A DNA stretch of 64,000 nt from Escherichia phage vB_vPM_PD112. The stretch is taken from sequence record NC_054928.1; one strand, 5' to 3'. Shown here piece by piece: positions 1 through 10,600 of this stretch (position 1 is its first letter; each line of letters starts with the position of its first letter). The notes under the pieces were generated by a model that was given only the letters and a program-made list of their open reading frames with translations, was not told the DNA's origin and searched no databases. Made by a program: the position numbers and the translations under genes.

Positions 1-650
1 TGTTTTGAATTACTACGAATTGAACTACATCCGCCAGGAGCTTGTGCTTTTCCGGATACAACCAGATATTTGAACAAGGCCAAATGCGGATAACCTTGAT
101 TAATTAAATTGAGAAATGCATACATATCTTCGCATAAATCAATTTTTCCATACCCAATTTGTTCTGTTGTAAGTTTTCCAAGGTCATACCATGTATTCGT
201 GAATCCATATGAATTTTCACGATAATTACCCCAAGATGAAGTAATTTTAAAAATAGGTAGACGAGCATGGCCATGATAATACCCGCAATCCATGGCATCT
301 TCAACGTATTGAATCAATTCATAGAACTGTTCACGAGTTAATTGATTAATTTTATCTACGCAGCGACGATCATCTTTCTTTCGCATTGAACTCATACGAA
401 TAGTAGTATCATCATCGATCATCCAAATTCGTTGACCTGCATACATATCAGTAATTGCTTTACGAGTTCCAGCAATTCCATTAACATCATCAGGAATAGT
501 TACAATTTTAGCTCTAGACCCGTAAGCGTCATAATAAGCTTTTTCTTCATGTTCACGTACTACAATATGAGGTTCATAATCAGTCGGAAACATATCAAGG
601 GCAGAAACTGCCCCTACACGTTGATAGCTTGGAATTACGAATTGAATCAT
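1..650 (-). CDS. glycosyltransferase, N-terminal ~216 codons (gene runs off window start); DxD motif; occupies the T4 beta-gt locus but does not match T4 beta-glucosyltransferase
   Basis: Hand translation of minus strand from ATG at ~648-650 (MIQFVIPSYQRVGAVSALDMF...IWMIDDDTTIRM...), open to position 3; start overlaps gene 42 stop. Confidence 0.6.
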   Translation of the reverse strand, partial: MIQFVIPSYQRVGAVSALDMFPTDYEPHIVVREHEEKAYYDAYGSRAKIVTIPDDVNGIAGTRKAITDMYAGQRIWMIDDDTTIRMSSMRKKDDRRCVDKINQLTREQFYELIQYVEDAMDCGYYHGHARLPIFKITSSWGNYRENSYGFTNTWYDLGKLTTEQIGYGKIDLCEDMYAFLNLINQGYPHLALFKYLVVSGKAQAPGGCSSIRSNSK

Positions 651-1387
651 TTCCACTCACCGTTATAATCTTTTTTCGCAATATGAGTTTCACCAGTTTT
701 CCACCAATGGTCAACTAAATAAAACTGATTTTCGTAAACATGAAGACTTCCAACGTTCCATATAATAGAACCTGCTTTATATTGCCGCGATGGGTCGCCT
801 GCATTCAAATCAGATACTAATTTATCTAGTACGTATTTTTGCCATGCATAATCATTACGATAGCCTGCCCAGCAATCATTGCTTCTCATGTTAACAACCG
901 CATTGATTTTCTTGTCACGAATCAGGTACTGTACTGTATTCGTACACATGAAATCTGACATGCCATCTTTATTGTAGTCAAACTGCATGGATGGACGAGT
1001 ATAAATCATGATACCACGTCGAGAATCAGGATTTTGACCAAGTTCAGCTAAACACATGTCATACTGAGCATAGTTATCTTCTGACCAGATAGCCCAACCA
1101 TAATTCGAGTTAATTTCACCTTTAGAAGATGCTACCTGCTGCCAAATCTTTGGTGTTTCACCTGGAATATCTTTAACAAACAGACTTTGAGACTTATACC
1201 ATTCAAGTTCACGCTGAATGTATTCATCATTAAGAGCGCCAAAAATAAACGGTTCATCTGCTACAAATGATGCGCCAATAATTTCAATAGTTTTAACGCC
1301 AGTTTTATCAACTACGAAATCTTTTTCCTTTAATGCAAGCCCCAAATGAAGACGGATTTCTTCAACTGTCATAGAGTCACTAATCAT
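647..1387 (-). CDS. 42: dCMP hydroxymethylase
   Basis: 246 aa, same length and recognisable sequence as T4 gp42; synteny next to imm/43. Confidence 0.9.
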   Translation of the reverse strand: MISDSMTVEEIRLHLGLALKEKDFVVDKTGVKTIEIIGASFVADEPFIFGALNDEYIQRELEWYKSQSLFVKDIPGETPKIWQQVASSKGEINSNYGWAIWSEDNYAQYDMCLAELGQNPDSRRGIMIYTRPSMQFDYNKDGMSDFMCTNTVQYLIRDKKINAVVNMRSNDCWAGYRNDYAWQKYVLDKLVSDLNAGDPSRQYKAGSIIWNVGSLHVYENQFYLVDHWWKTGETHIAKKDYNGEWK

Positions 1388-1540
1388 TTAAACCTCAATT
1401 GATACATTCATATTTAACTTGTAACAGTAATAAACTCCAACCTAAAACAATAGTTGGAATCATAAGAGGAACCGTTACACTATAGTATATACTTATTATA
1501 ACCATCAAGATTAAAAGCAACACTGCTATAATTTTGCTTT

Positions 1541-1792
1541 TCATTCCTTCTCTCTGATGATAATTACCTGATTTGGCTGCGCAGACTTTTTAGTTTCACC
1601 TGCAATTGACCAAATAAATGTAATAAACCAACCAATAATTGACCAGTTAAACAGTAAAGATGTGAAAAAGATTCCTACTGTCGATTTTGACCCACGCATC
1701 AAGGCGATAAACCATGGAAGCATGTATATAATAATAGCCAACACGCCTGAAACTAAAACCATAAAAATTGAACCTGCTACTAAAGTTTCCAT
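1541..1792 (-). CDS. imm: superinfection immunity membrane protein Imm
   Basis: 83 aa, two hydrophobic segments, T4 Imm length and position. Confidence 0.85.
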   Translation of the reverse strand: METLVAGSIFMVLVSGVLAIIIYMLPWFIALMRGSKSTVGIFFTSLLFNWSIIGWFITFIWSIAGETKKSAQPNQVIIIREKE

Positions 1793-1799
1793 GTTTTCC

Positions 1800-2180
1800 T
1801 CACTTAGTCAAATTTTTTACACATGAATTATAAGAATTTACTACATACTCCATCGGAGCATTTTTACCAGTACGCCATTGGTAATTATTAGCCCAATTAG
1901 CCCAAAGCTCGGCGCAGTAGTTTTCAATTTTTTCTTCGCGTGTAATTACATCCGAATTACGATATGCTTGAGCAGATTCATCTGGACGAATAGCTTCGTC
2001 AAAATTCGCCTGCATTTGTTCTACTGTCTGTTTTGGAGCTTCTTTATAACACTTGACGTTAGGATTATAAAATTTGCTTGAACAGTTTACAATTTTTCCT
2101 ACATCAGACTGATTTACTACCGGTCCTTGAGCTACACAACCAGTAAGACCCAATGCAATAACCAAAATAGCGATTTTCAT
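1800..2180 (-). CDS. predicted lipoprotein (lipobox LTGC); probable ATG at 2180, track ORF extends to 2192 with TTG
   Basis: Signal peptide MKIAILVIALGLTGC; early promoter immediately upstream. Confidence 0.55.
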   Translation of the reverse strand: MKIAILVIALGLTGCVAQGPVVNQSDVGKIVNCSSKFYNPNVKCYKEAPKQTVEQMQANFDEAIRPDESAQAYRNSDVITREEKIENYCAELWANWANNYQWRTGKNAPMEYVVNSYNSCVKNLTK

Positions 2181-2214
2181 TTCATTCTCCAAATCCGTAT
2201 CAGTAGTTGATAGT

Positions 2215-2247
2215 TGTATAGTACCATGGAATAACAGGGATGTAAAC
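2215..2247 (-). promoter_or_regulatory. T4-type early promoter (-35 GTTTAC, 17 bp spacer, TG-extended -10 TACTATAC)
   Basis: Minus-strand read ...cacaaaactGTTTACatccctgttattccatgGTACTATACA; same motif recurs upstream of many minus-strand genes. Confidence 0.6.
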
Positions 2248-2330
2248 AGTTTTGTGAAAAAATTTTTAGGGAATCCAAAGGGTCCAGAATCATCTCTTTT
2301 TCATAAGTATAGATTTATATTACTTGTATG

Positions 2331-2351
2331 AAAAAGGGACCTGGAGGTCCC
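2331..2351 (-). terminator. stem-loop terminator downstream of gene 43
   Basis: gggacctggaggtccc inverted repeat followed by T-run on minus strand. Confidence 0.55.
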
Positions 2352-2364
2352 TAGATTTATTCTA

Positions 2365-5061
2365 TCAGCCAAACAGGAAGTCTAACGAAGCTTTTTCTTC
2401 ATAGTCCATGCCAGCCGATTCACACATACCCGCAAGCGGTTTAACAAACGATTTTTGGAACAAAGTTGAGTGGTCAATCCAAGATAGCACATCAGAACGA
2501 ATTTCTTTTGGAAGTTCTGTACCCGATGGCCAAGCAATGCACTTGTCACCAAATGGATTTCCCTCACGTAATGGAAGAACCATTACCTTATTTCCATCCA
2601 AAATTGGAGCTACACCTAGACCACTAACAGCTCGACGATAAGTTAGCACCCCACGAATATGGAACGGGCATTTAAATCCTGGCCAACCTTTATCATCATA
2701 TTTCGCTATATCATTCGCAGTTTTTACTTCAGCAATAACTTTATAGTCAAGTTGACGATATTCTTTCTCGAAGTTCTTGTAATATTCTTGGACAGACTCT
2801 TCACCTTCCTGAAGAATACGACGAATACTTTCTTCGAGAGCTTCTTGCACTGCTTTTGGTGTTGAACTCTGCTGAGTTTCCATACCCATGATTTTTAGAT
2901 GTGGTTCAGCAAATCGCTTATCTTCCATATCATAAACGTTCAGAGCATAACGTTTTTTCGCTTTCCAAAATCCACCGACACCCTTTGAACCAAGCGGAGG
3001 ACAAGAAATAGCTTCACGGTCCATATGCATCAGATGCTCGCGATTATTCATATAATCACATAACTCACGATATGCAACATCAATCATAGGTTCCATCTTT
3101 TTCTTACCGAACTGATTCATGAATTCAACTAAATCATTTTGTTCTTTAAAGCGGTCAAGACCTACTTTTTCAATAACTTTATCTACACAAACATATACCG
3201 AATCAGTATCACCCGCGGCGATGAAATCTTCATCATTAGTTCCGCATACTTTATTCAGATATTCGTTAATTTTACGAGCAATCCACTGAATACCAACTTG
3301 ACCAAAAATTGTGATAGCAGTAGCATTTCGCAAATCATAGTAACGGAAATGAATGTTACCAAGAGCACCATAAAGACTGTTAATAAGAATTTTACGGTTC
3401 AGCTGATTTGTGTTAGCAAGTGTAGCTGCTTTTTCACATTCTTCAATCAGACTATTGAGAACGGATTCGGTGTAATTCGATAGTTCATTTAAGAAATCAT
3501 CATTGAACTTAACATATCGTTCAACTTCTGGTTTAGTTGAACAAGACCCTGCGCCTTTCATAATAATCTTTTTAATAGCTTCGGCATTCATTTCTTCAGC
3601 GAACATTTTCTTTTTCCAATCTTTACGCTGGAAAAATACTTTAGCGATTTCCTTTGGAATGATACCTTCTTGATGCTTATCATACATCCATCCATTCGGA
3701 GAACAAGAATATTCATCACTCGGTTTAGGAGCTGTTCCTGCAATATATTCATGAATTGGATGAACTTTAAACTGCCCACGAATAGTCTCAGGACTAATGT
3801 TAACCTGACGAATAATGCTAGGATACAGAGACGTCAAGTCAAAACTCATAATATATCGACGAGCAATTGGTTTAGGTTCAAACACAAATGCACCCGGAAA
3901 ACTTTGTTTAACGTGCGAACCCTGTTGAGGAATAACCTTATGTTCACCTTTCAGTGAGTTAAAAATAATAGCGTCCCAAGTTTTAATAGGACTCATTACG
4001 CCAGAAAAAGGCATTTTAGCGTAATAAGACATACTTAAAACTAGATCGATAAACCCACGAATTTTATCAATTGCTTGAACTGATTCTACGTCAATGATGT
4101 TATAACTAATGTATCGTTGATGATTAGTCTCACGAAGTTTATTAATAGGACCATCATACGGTAATTTACCTTTTTTGGTTTCATGCTGAGCAACTGATTC
4201 CAAAGAGAATGACGGCAAATTAGTAAATGCGAATTTCTTATACAAATCTAAATAATCAAGAATAGATACGCCATCAATAGAATAAATTTCTTTGCTACCG
4301 TACACATTTTGAATTAGTTTAGATTTTACCCGACCGATTGGAGAGAAGCGTTTCATACTACGTTCGCCAAGAACCATTTTAACACGATTCATGATATACG
4401 GAACGTCAAATCCCTCAATATTCCAACCAGTAAAAATAGCAGGTCGTTTCTGTTCCCAGAGATTAATATATTCCATGAGCATATCACGCTCATTATCAAA
4501 TGGCATATAAATTACTCGGTCAAGAATTTCTTGAGGAACTTCATCACCACCTTCACAGTCAAGCTTAGCAGCTAACTTTGCATCCCATTTTGATACTGAA
4601 CCGTACATTGAATTCAAAAGGTCGAAAACATAAAAACGGTCATCAATTGAATCGTAATGAGTGATAGCATCAATTTCATATTCTGCTTTCATTGGGTCAG
4701 GAAATTTATCACCAGTAACCTCAATGTCACAGTTAGCTACACGAACAAATTTTCGGTCATAAACAATTTCTGAACCATATGTATCACTGATATAAGCGAG
4801 TTTAAAATCGTTCATACCGAGAGCTTCGAGACCGATGTCTTCCATTCGTTTCATCCAATCTCGTGCATCTTTCATTGATGGAAATTTTTGAGGAGCGCAA
4901 TTTTTACCATAAATGTCTTTGTATTTTGATTCTTCCTTACAGTGTCTAAACATAGTCGGAATATATTCTACTTCACGAGTACGTTCCTTTCCGTTTTCAT
5001 CAATATAACGTTCAACAATGTTATTTCCGACTGTTTCAATAGAGATATAAAATTCTTTCAT
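2365..5061 (-). CDS. 43: DNA polymerase (family B)
   Basis: 898 aa, T4 gp43 length and N-terminus MKEFYISIETVGNNIVERYIDENGKERT. Confidence 0.95.
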   Translation of the reverse strand: MKEFYISIETVGNNIVERYIDENGKERTREVEYIPTMFRHCKEESKYKDIYGKNCAPQKFPSMKDARDWMKRMEDIGLEALGMNDFKLAYISDTYGSEIVYDRKFVRVANCDIEVTGDKFPDPMKAEYEIDAITHYDSIDDRFYVFDLLNSMYGSVSKWDAKLAAKLDCEGGDEVPQEILDRVIYMPFDNERDMLMEYINLWEQKRPAIFTGWNIEGFDVPYIMNRVKMVLGERSMKRFSPIGRVKSKLIQNVYGSKEIYSIDGVSILDYLDLYKKFAFTNLPSFSLESVAQHETKKGKLPYDGPINKLRETNHQRYISYNIIDVESVQAIDKIRGFIDLVLSMSYYAKMPFSGVMSPIKTWDAIIFNSLKGEHKVIPQQGSHVKQSFPGAFVFEPKPIARRYIMSFDLTSLYPSIIRQVNISPETIRGQFKVHPIHEYIAGTAPKPSDEYSCSPNGWMYDKHQEGIIPKEIAKVFFQRKDWKKKMFAEEMNAEAIKKIIMKGAGSCSTKPEVERYVKFNDDFLNELSNYTESVLNSLIEECEKAATLANTNQLNRKILINSLYGALGNIHFRYYDLRNATAITIFGQVGIQWIARKINEYLNKVCGTNDEDFIAAGDTDSVYVCVDKVIEKVGLDRFKEQNDLVEFMNQFGKKKMEPMIDVAYRELCDYMNNREHLMHMDREAISCPPLGSKGVGGFWKAKKRYALNVYDMEDKRFAEPHLKIMGMETQQSSTPKAVQEALEESIRRILQEGEESVQEYYKNFEKEYRQLDYKVIAEVKTANDIAKYDDKGWPGFKCPFHIRGVLTYRRAVSGLGVAPILDGNKVMVLPLREGNPFGDKCIAWPSGTELPKEIRSDVLSWIDHSTLFQKSFVKPLAGMCESAGMDYEEKASLDFLFG

Positions 5062-5120
5062 AGATATTCCTTAGTTTATAGCCCGAGTTATTAGGCTCTT
5101 GATATATTATACTCCAATTA

Positions 5121-5136
5121 AGGGGCCGAAGCCCCT
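5121..5136 (-). terminator. GC-rich hairpin (gggccGAAGcccc type) downstream of regA
   Basis: aggggccgaagcccct perfect stem with GAAG loop; no strong U-run. Confidence 0.4.
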
Positions 5137-5139
5137 TGC

Positions 5140-5508
5140 TTAATTACCAATCGTATATTTAGGAACGAGTTTCCATTCATGTTTTTGTTTAAAAGAAATA
5201 ACTCGGAAGTTATTAGTTAAATCTTTCATAAAAGTTCTTTGACCAGGAACGATTTCAATTAGTCCCCAATCTTCTAATAGCCATGCAATCGAATCACGAC
5301 GAACTTCATCTTCTTCTGTCATTTCAACCTGGCGACCATCCATACGAAGCATTTCTTTAAAATGAACGATATAGTATAGTCCTTTTTTCTGGAGAATATG
5401 ACAGGATTGATACAGAACTTTATCTTTATTATTAGCAATTCCCATACGAGTCAGAGTTTCTTTAACTTTCAGAAAATCTTCAGGTTTTTTAAGAGTAATT
5501 TCAATCAT
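5140..5508 (-). CDS. regA: translational repressor RegA
   Basis: 122 aa, matches T4 RegA (MIEITLKKPEDFLKVKETLTRMGIANNKDK). Confidence 0.9.
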   Translation of the reverse strand: MIEITLKKPEDFLKVKETLTRMGIANNKDKVLYQSCHILQKKGLYYIVHFKEMLRMDGRQVEMTEEDEVRRDSIAWLLEDWGLIEIVPGQRTFMKDLTNNFRVISFKQKHEWKLVPKYTIGN

Positions 5509-5509
5509 T

Positions 5510-6073
5510 TTACCATTCCAATGCTAGTTTTTTGAGTTGTTTCTGTTCTTTTACATTCTTAGTCACTTCTTTCAAAAAATCATCCGTGACTAAACCTTTT
5601 AGTTCTTTTAATACTAAAGGAAGTTTTCCATTTTTAGTAAGAATTGATTTATAGTTAATTGCATCGTTTGTATTAACTTGATACCGCTTAGCAAGTAACT
5701 TAATAATCAATACTTCAGTAGAATCTTCGACCAGTTTTGCCCATTTACCATATCTTTTACCCCGAGGAACAGCAGCCATCAGATAATTAAAATGGGCTTC
5801 ATCGCTTAAACCTGATCCAATTAAATTCATAGCATATACAGCTGGCATGCACTCAGGAAATTGTGATAATGCATTCTCAACCATGTATTTTGAATAATCT
5901 TTTTGAGCAATAGAGCATTTAGTTTTATTATTAATAGCTCCAATTATTTCAAAAAACTCATTTTCAGCTTTTTCCTTAAAAGAATCAGCAGCAGATTGGA
6001 CAGCTGTCCAATCTTTTGAATACCAAGCAACTTGATGCTCGTTTAATTGAATATCATCTTCAAATAAGCTCAT
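5510..6073 (-). CDS. 62: clamp loader small subunit
   Basis: 187 aa, T4 gp62 length, between regA and 44. Confidence 0.85.
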   Translation of the reverse strand: MSLFEDDIQLNEHQVAWYSKDWTAVQSAADSFKEKAENEFFEIIGAINNKTKCSIAQKDYSKYMVENALSQFPECMPAVYAMNLIGSGLSDEAHFNYLMAAVPRGKRYGKWAKLVEDSTEVLIIKLLAKRYQVNTNDAINYKSILTKNGKLPLVLKELKGLVTDDFLKEVTKNVKEQKQLKKLALEW

Positions 6074-6074
6074 A

Positions 6075-7034
6075 TCACTTCCACTGCATTTCGCATGCCA
6101 ATTGAATGAAAAGATATGCTAAATGTAATTCCGTATTAGCCGCAATTCCATGATACTGGTTATTTTCACCAACAATTTCATACATACGAATAATACTTTG
6201 CGGAGTTACGCGTGTATAAATTTCTTCGGCAAGTTTACCAACGAACCACGAATAATCAGCCGCATATTTTGGTGCTAAAGCTCTGAGTTGTTTAACATCT
6301 TTATTTTTGAGAGACTCAAGAACATCATCAATAGCACCACGATCGTTAGTAACCAGTGATAAAATACCAGCATCCAAAACACCTTTAGATGAATAACTAT
6401 CGAGCTCACCAATAGTTTTACGAAAATCAGGAAAATTCTTTTTAACCAAAGCTGCTACAACTTTCATATCAGCTATAGCAATTCCTTCACGCTTGCAGAT
6501 TTCAGTCAATCGACGAATCATCTGCTTCATCATTTCAATTTTATCTTCATCGGTCGGTTGACCGAATGTGATAACTCGACAGCGTGACTGAAGCGGTTTA
6601 ATAATACCATCAATATTGTTAGCAGTAATAATAATACTACAGTTTGAACTATAAGCTTCCATAAAGGAACGAAGATGTCGCTGAGATTCTGCTAACCCTG
6701 AACGGTCAAATTCATCAATAACGATTACTTTTTGACGACCATCAAATGAAGCGGCGCTGGCAAAATTAGTCAAAGGACCACGAACGAAATCAATTTTACA
6801 ATCTGATCCATTCACAAACATCATATCAGCATTTACATCATGACACAATGCTTTTGCTACAGTTGTTTTACCTGTTCCTGGAGAAGGAGAATGAAGAATA
6901 ATATGTGGAATCTTACCTTTACTTGTAATAGATTTAAAGGTTTCTTTATCAAAGGCGGGAAGAATACATTCATCGATAGTAGATGGACGATATTTCTGTT
7001 CAAGAATGTGTTCTTTTTCATTTACGGTAATCAT
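6075..7034 (-). CDS. 44: clamp loader AAA+ ATPase subunit; probable ATG at 7034 (MITVNEKEH)
   Basis: Walker [11 protein letters not shown], Walker B VIVIDEFD; T4 gp44 synteny. Confidence 0.9.
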   Translation of the reverse strand: MITVNEKEHILEQKYRPSTIDECILPAFDKETFKSITSKGKIPHIILHSPSPGTGKTTVAKALCHDVNADMMFVNGSDCKIDFVRGPLTNFASAASFDGRQKVIVIDEFDRSGLAESQRHLRSFMEAYSSNCSIIITANNIDGIIKPLQSRCRVITFGQPTDEDKIEMMKQMIRRLTEICKREGIAIADMKVVAALVKKNFPDFRKTIGELDSYSSKGVLDAGILSLVTNDRGAIDDVLESLKNKDVKQLRALAPKYAADYSWFVGKLAEEIYTRVTPQSIIRMYEIVGENNQYHGIAANTELHLAYLFIQLACEMQWK

Positions 7035-7066
7035 AATTTCCTCATTCAAGTTTTAGTGTAAATTAT

Positions 7067-7084
7067 AAAGGGCCGAAGCCCTTT
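7067..7084 (-). terminator. hairpin terminator between genes 45 and 44
   Basis: aaagggccgaagcccttt inverted repeat immediately after gene 45 stop. Confidence 0.5.
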
Positions 7085-7085
7085 A

Positions 7086-7772
7086 TTAAAAATCGTGGGT
7101 AGAATCAGCTTCAAGAGCTACCACATAATTCGCGTGTTCACCTTCAAATTTAGCAGCACCTTGTTTACCTTTTGCCCAGAGCAGAAGTTTATAATTTCCT
7201 GGTTGCATTTTCATATTTGCCATATTGATAATGAAATTAAATGTATTTTCACCATCATAATCGCCAAGAGTCAAAGAATATTTAACACGAGTCAAAGCAG
7301 AATCTTCTACTTTATTAAAACCGTTAATTACGATTTTACCTTCTTTTACCGTGATAGCAATTGTATCAATTTGCAGACCACGAGATACACGCAACAGTTG
7401 TTGAAGGTCTTCAGCTTTAATTTCAGTAACAACAGATGCTACCGGGAATGGAATTGGTTTATTAGGAGCAACTACTGTACTCGGATCGGCTGCTGGCCAA
7501 AAAATTGTTGAGCGAGCATCAGCAATTTTAATATTACCATCTTCTGACTGGGAAATTTCTGCATCATCATTAACTAGAGACAGAATACCGAGAAAACCGT
7601 TCAAATCGTAAATTGCTACATCAAAATCAATAACGTCAGAAATATTTGCTTCAGCATAAGTTGTACCATTAACTGCACGAGTCATAATAAATTGACCAGA
7701 TTTAAGCATAATACCGGAGTTAATAGTAGCGAAATTTTTCAAAATATTCAGTGTATCTTTAGACAGTTTCAT
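7086..7772 (-). CDS. 45: sliding clamp
   Basis: 228 aa, T4 gp45 length and sequence. Confidence 0.9.
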   Translation of the reverse strand: MKLSKDTLNILKNFATINSGIMLKSGQFIMTRAVNGTTYAEANISDVIDFDVAIYDLNGFLGILSLVNDDAEISQSEDGNIKIADARSTIFWPAADPSTVVAPNKPIPFPVASVVTEIKAEDLQQLLRVSRGLQIDTIAITVKEGKIVINGFNKVEDSALTRVKYSLTLGDYDGENTFNFIINMANMKMQPGNYKLLLWAKGKQGAAKFEGEHANYVVALEADSTHDF

Positions 7773-7801
7773 GTAATTTCCTTCAATTCAAATGAGATTT
7801 A

Positions 7802-7827
7802 ATTTTATAACTAATTTAATAAAGCAA
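7802..7827 (-). promoter_or_regulatory. T4 middle promoter (MotA box TTGCTTTA, 12 bp spacer, -10 TAAAAT) upstream of gene 45
   Basis: Minus-strand read TTGCTTTAttaaattagttaTAAAAT. Confidence 0.5.
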
Positions 7828-8217
7828 TTAACGATTAAAATCAGCAGCAATTGTTTCCGCAACAATTTGAGCAGCAACAATTAGACGTTCATCTGCATTA
7901 CCGCAATAACCATCTTCAAGGCGTTCACCACATGAAGTCATAATAAATTTGGCACCAGCGTTTAGGGATTCTGTAGTATGTTTGCGCATTAGTTCAATCC
8001 ATTTATCACTCACTTCACGATCGATAGCTTCATAATACGCATGACGAGCAGGTGCAGATTTAATTTTGTTCTGAATAACTTCCATTGCGTTATCAGAAAG
8101 AGACAAAACCCATGCTCGACGAATTTTATTTTGGTTTTGTGGATTTGAATCAGAACGCACGTGTTTTGGCTGAATATCTTTTACATCAACAGTATAATTC
8201 ACAGTAATTTTAGTCAT
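7828..8217 (-). CDS. rpbA: RNA polymerase binding protein RpbA
   Basis: 129 aa, T4 position between 45 and 46. Confidence 0.8.
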   Translation of the reverse strand: MTKITVNYTVDVKDIQPKHVRSDSNPQNQNKIRRAWVLSLSDNAMEVIQNKIKSAPARHAYYEAIDREVSDKWIELMRKHTTESLNAGAKFIMTSCGERLEDGYCGNADERLIVAAQIVAETIAADFNR

Positions 8218-8226
8218 AATACACCT

Positions 8227-8415
8227 TTAGTCATAATAATCAGTAACAGTCCAAGCTTCATTTCTATTGGACATTATTTTTGTATATTCTGATTTAAATG
8301 CATTCCTAAGCATAGATTCAGTAACTATATGCTCTTCATTAGAAAAATTATTTCTCAGAATATATCGTTTTATTTCAGGAATAGTTAATAGATGCTGTCC
8401 AGTTGAATATTCCAT
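8227..8415 (-). CDS. hypothetical protein (T4 45.2 position)
   Basis: 62 aa ORF, synteny. Confidence 0.5.
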   Translation of the reverse strand: MEYSTGQHLLTIPEIKRYILRNNFSNEEHIVTESMLRNAFKSEYTKIMSNRNEAWTVTDYYD

Positions 8416-8470
8416 GTTTTTCCTCCATAGAGATTATACTCTAATAAATTAAAGCATAATCTCTTATAAA

Positions 8471-10153
8471 TTAAACCATTACAGTAAATCGACCAACTTT
8501 CTTCATTTGAAGATGCTGACCATATTCTTGCGGGTCATGGTCTTTATGCGAAATTATAAAGACATTAGTGTTTTTCATTGAATTTATAATATTAGCTACA
8601 CCTTTAATACCTTCGGCATCAAATGACCCATCAAACACTTCATCAAGAATTAATGTACTAATACTAACACCAGATACGATAGAAGCAATATCACGCCAAG
8701 TAAATAAAAGAGCAATATCAATTCGTGCCTTTTCGCCTTCACTAAATGAAGCATAACTAAAATCTTCACGACCACGGGATTTAATTGTCTCATTAAATTC
8801 TTCATCTAATGTAAACACATAATCCGCTTCCATTATTTTAAGATAATGGTTAATCTGCTTATTAAATAATGGAATGTACTTTTTAATAATAGCACCTTTA
8901 ATACCAGAATCTTTGAGCATATCAGTCAAAATTCCTCGGTGGTATTTTTCCATTACTAAATTAGTTTTTGTCTTAACAATTTTATCAAGTTCTTCTTGAA
9001 GCAGTGCTATTTCATCAGCATGGTCAATAAACTCAGAAGATGCTTTTTCTATAGCCGCTTTAACCTTTTTGGCTTTATCTACCGTCGTGATTAGAGATTG
9101 CTTTTTATTGCGAATATCATTTGCCAACGTCTGCTGGGTTTTAATATTATCTCGGTATTCATCAACAAGAACTTTTAAATTATCACGATGCGTTGAAAGC
9201 TGTTCAAATGAATGCGTACATTCAGAAACTTTATCTTTAATTTTAGAAACAACTTTATCACCGGAACTTAATTGTGACAAACAGGTTGGACATAATCCAC
9301 CTTCGTGATACATATTAATGACTTTATTATACGAATCAATTTTTGATTTAATTAAAAATGCTTCTTGACCAATTTTATTAAATGCATCAGTCGGGTCTTC
9401 ATCTAAAACAATATTAACTAATCTTTCGTTAGCTTCTTCTATTTCCGATTTTAGTGTTCTAGCTTCTTTTGCCAAATCATCATACATATTTTGCAGACGA
9501 GTAAGGTTTTCACCAGACAATTTTTTCTGGCGTTCAACATTATCGTTATATATTTTAATTTGTTGGATAATACTATCTTTTTTAACATCAAGCACTTGGT
9601 TTTGTGAATTTAATTCACGTATTAGTGCTTTATTAAGCTTATCCATTTCAGCTAATGTTCCTACTTCGAGCAGGTCTTCGACGAGTTTTCTTCTTGCAGG
9701 AGTGGATAGGCCCATAAAAGGGGTATATCCAGCCGTGCCGAGTACGACGATCTGTTTGAAACTGGCGTATGACATTCCGATAAGCTGTTCAAATTCTGCT
9801 TGGAAATCTTTACTGCTGGCAGATTCATTAAGACGTGTACCGTTAACGGTGATTTCGAAAACATTTGGTTTTTGTCCTCTTTTGATATAGTACTTTTTCT
9901 CATCATATTCCATCCACAGTTCAACTAAAAGTTCTTTCTTATTTGTGCTGTTTATTAATTGGCCTTTCTTTACATCACGAAATGGCTTGCCAAAAAGCCC
10001 AAATGTGATGGCTTCTAACATAGTAGACTTACCACCGCCATTTCGTCCAGTAATAAGAGTTTTTTGAACCTTATCTAGTTGAATGTCAATCCCATTTTGA
10101 CCAACTGACATTATATTTTTATATTTTACTCTATTAAGTTTAAAATTCTTCAC
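8471..10153 (-). CDS. 46: recombination endonuclease subunit (Rad50/SbcC-like ATPase)
   Basis: 560 aa; P-loop GRNGGGKST, long coiled-coil, C-terminal ABC signature; T4 gp46 length. Confidence 0.9.
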   Translation of the reverse strand: MKNFKLNRVKYKNIMSVGQNGIDIQLDKVQKTLITGRNGGGKSTMLEAITFGLFGKPFRDVKKGQLINSTNKKELLVELWMEYDEKKYYIKRGQKPNVFEITVNGTRLNESASSKDFQAEFEQLIGMSYASFKQIVVLGTAGYTPFMGLSTPARRKLVEDLLEVGTLAEMDKLNKALIRELNSQNQVLDVKKDSIIQQIKIYNDNVERQKKLSGENLTRLQNMYDDLAKEARTLKSEIEEANERLVNIVLDEDPTDAFNKIGQEAFLIKSKIDSYNKVINMYHEGGLCPTCLSQLSSGDKVVSKIKDKVSECTHSFEQLSTHRDNLKVLVDEYRDNIKTQQTLANDIRNKKQSLITTVDKAKKVKAAIEKASSEFIDHADEIALLQEELDKIVKTKTNLVMEKYHRGILTDMLKDSGIKGAIIKKYIPLFNKQINHYLKIMEADYVFTLDEEFNETIKSRGREDFSYASFSEGEKARIDIALLFTWRDIASIVSGVSISTLILDEVFDGSFDAEGIKGVANIINSMKNTNVFIISHKDHDPQEYGQHLQMKKVGRFTVMV

Positions 10154-10413
10154 AAAAGATTCCTTTTAATGTATCTTTTAGACCATTCTATCATATCATC
10201 ATAATCTAAAAAGTATTCATCAAATTCAGCCATGCAAACAACACCTTGTGCTGCTTTTGATGTGATATAAATTATTCCAACATATCTAGAATCTTCTTCG
10301 GTGTAATCAATATTTGCTATGAATTCATCGTTAATGTCAAATGTCGAAAACTTCACAGTATGCATCCTTAATACAAGATACAGCCATATCTCGTAATGAT
10401 TTAGGTGTGTCAT
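10150..10413 (-). CDS. hypothetical protein (46.1 position); start uncertain
   Basis: 87 aa ORF overlapping neighbour. Confidence 0.4.
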   Translation of the reverse strand: MTHLNHYEIWLYLVLRMHTVKFSTFDINDEFIANIDYTEEDSRYVGIIYITSKAAQGVVCMAEFDEYFLDYDDMIEWSKRYIKRNLL

Positions 10414-10600
10414 TATCTAAAATGTTGAAGTTAAAAGATACAGCCCAGTCAGTGCATACCGTAACCTTTTTAATACAATTATCTTCAACCTCTAGCGGTT
10501 CAAACCAATATTCAATAATTTCTTTATGCCCAATATCATCTTTTACTTCGCATTCAAAATGCTGACTCATCATAACATTTTTAAATTCATCAAAAGTCAT
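10337..10600 (-). CDS. hypothetical protein (46.2 position)
   Basis: 87 aa ORF. Confidence 0.4.
   Translation of the reverse strand: MTFDEFKNVMMSQHFECEVKDDIGHKEIIEYWFEPLEVEDNCIKKVTVCTDWAVSFNFNILDNDTPKSLRDMAVSCIKDAYCEVFDI

Noticed and set aside
104-304. Track ORF 104..304 on the minus strand
   Set aside because: Wrong frame relative to the continuous glycosyltransferase reading frame that is open from 650 to the window start.
2408-2641. Plus-strand ORFs inside gene 43 (2408..2641, 2659..2865, 3139..3483, 3670..3957)
   Set aside because: Antisense to a well-supported large gene, no RBS context; treated as spurious.
9069-9308. Plus-strand ORFs inside genes 46, nrdD and others (e.g. 9069..9308, 19330..19548, 23182..23418)
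   Set aside because: Antisense to well-supported genes; treated as spurious.
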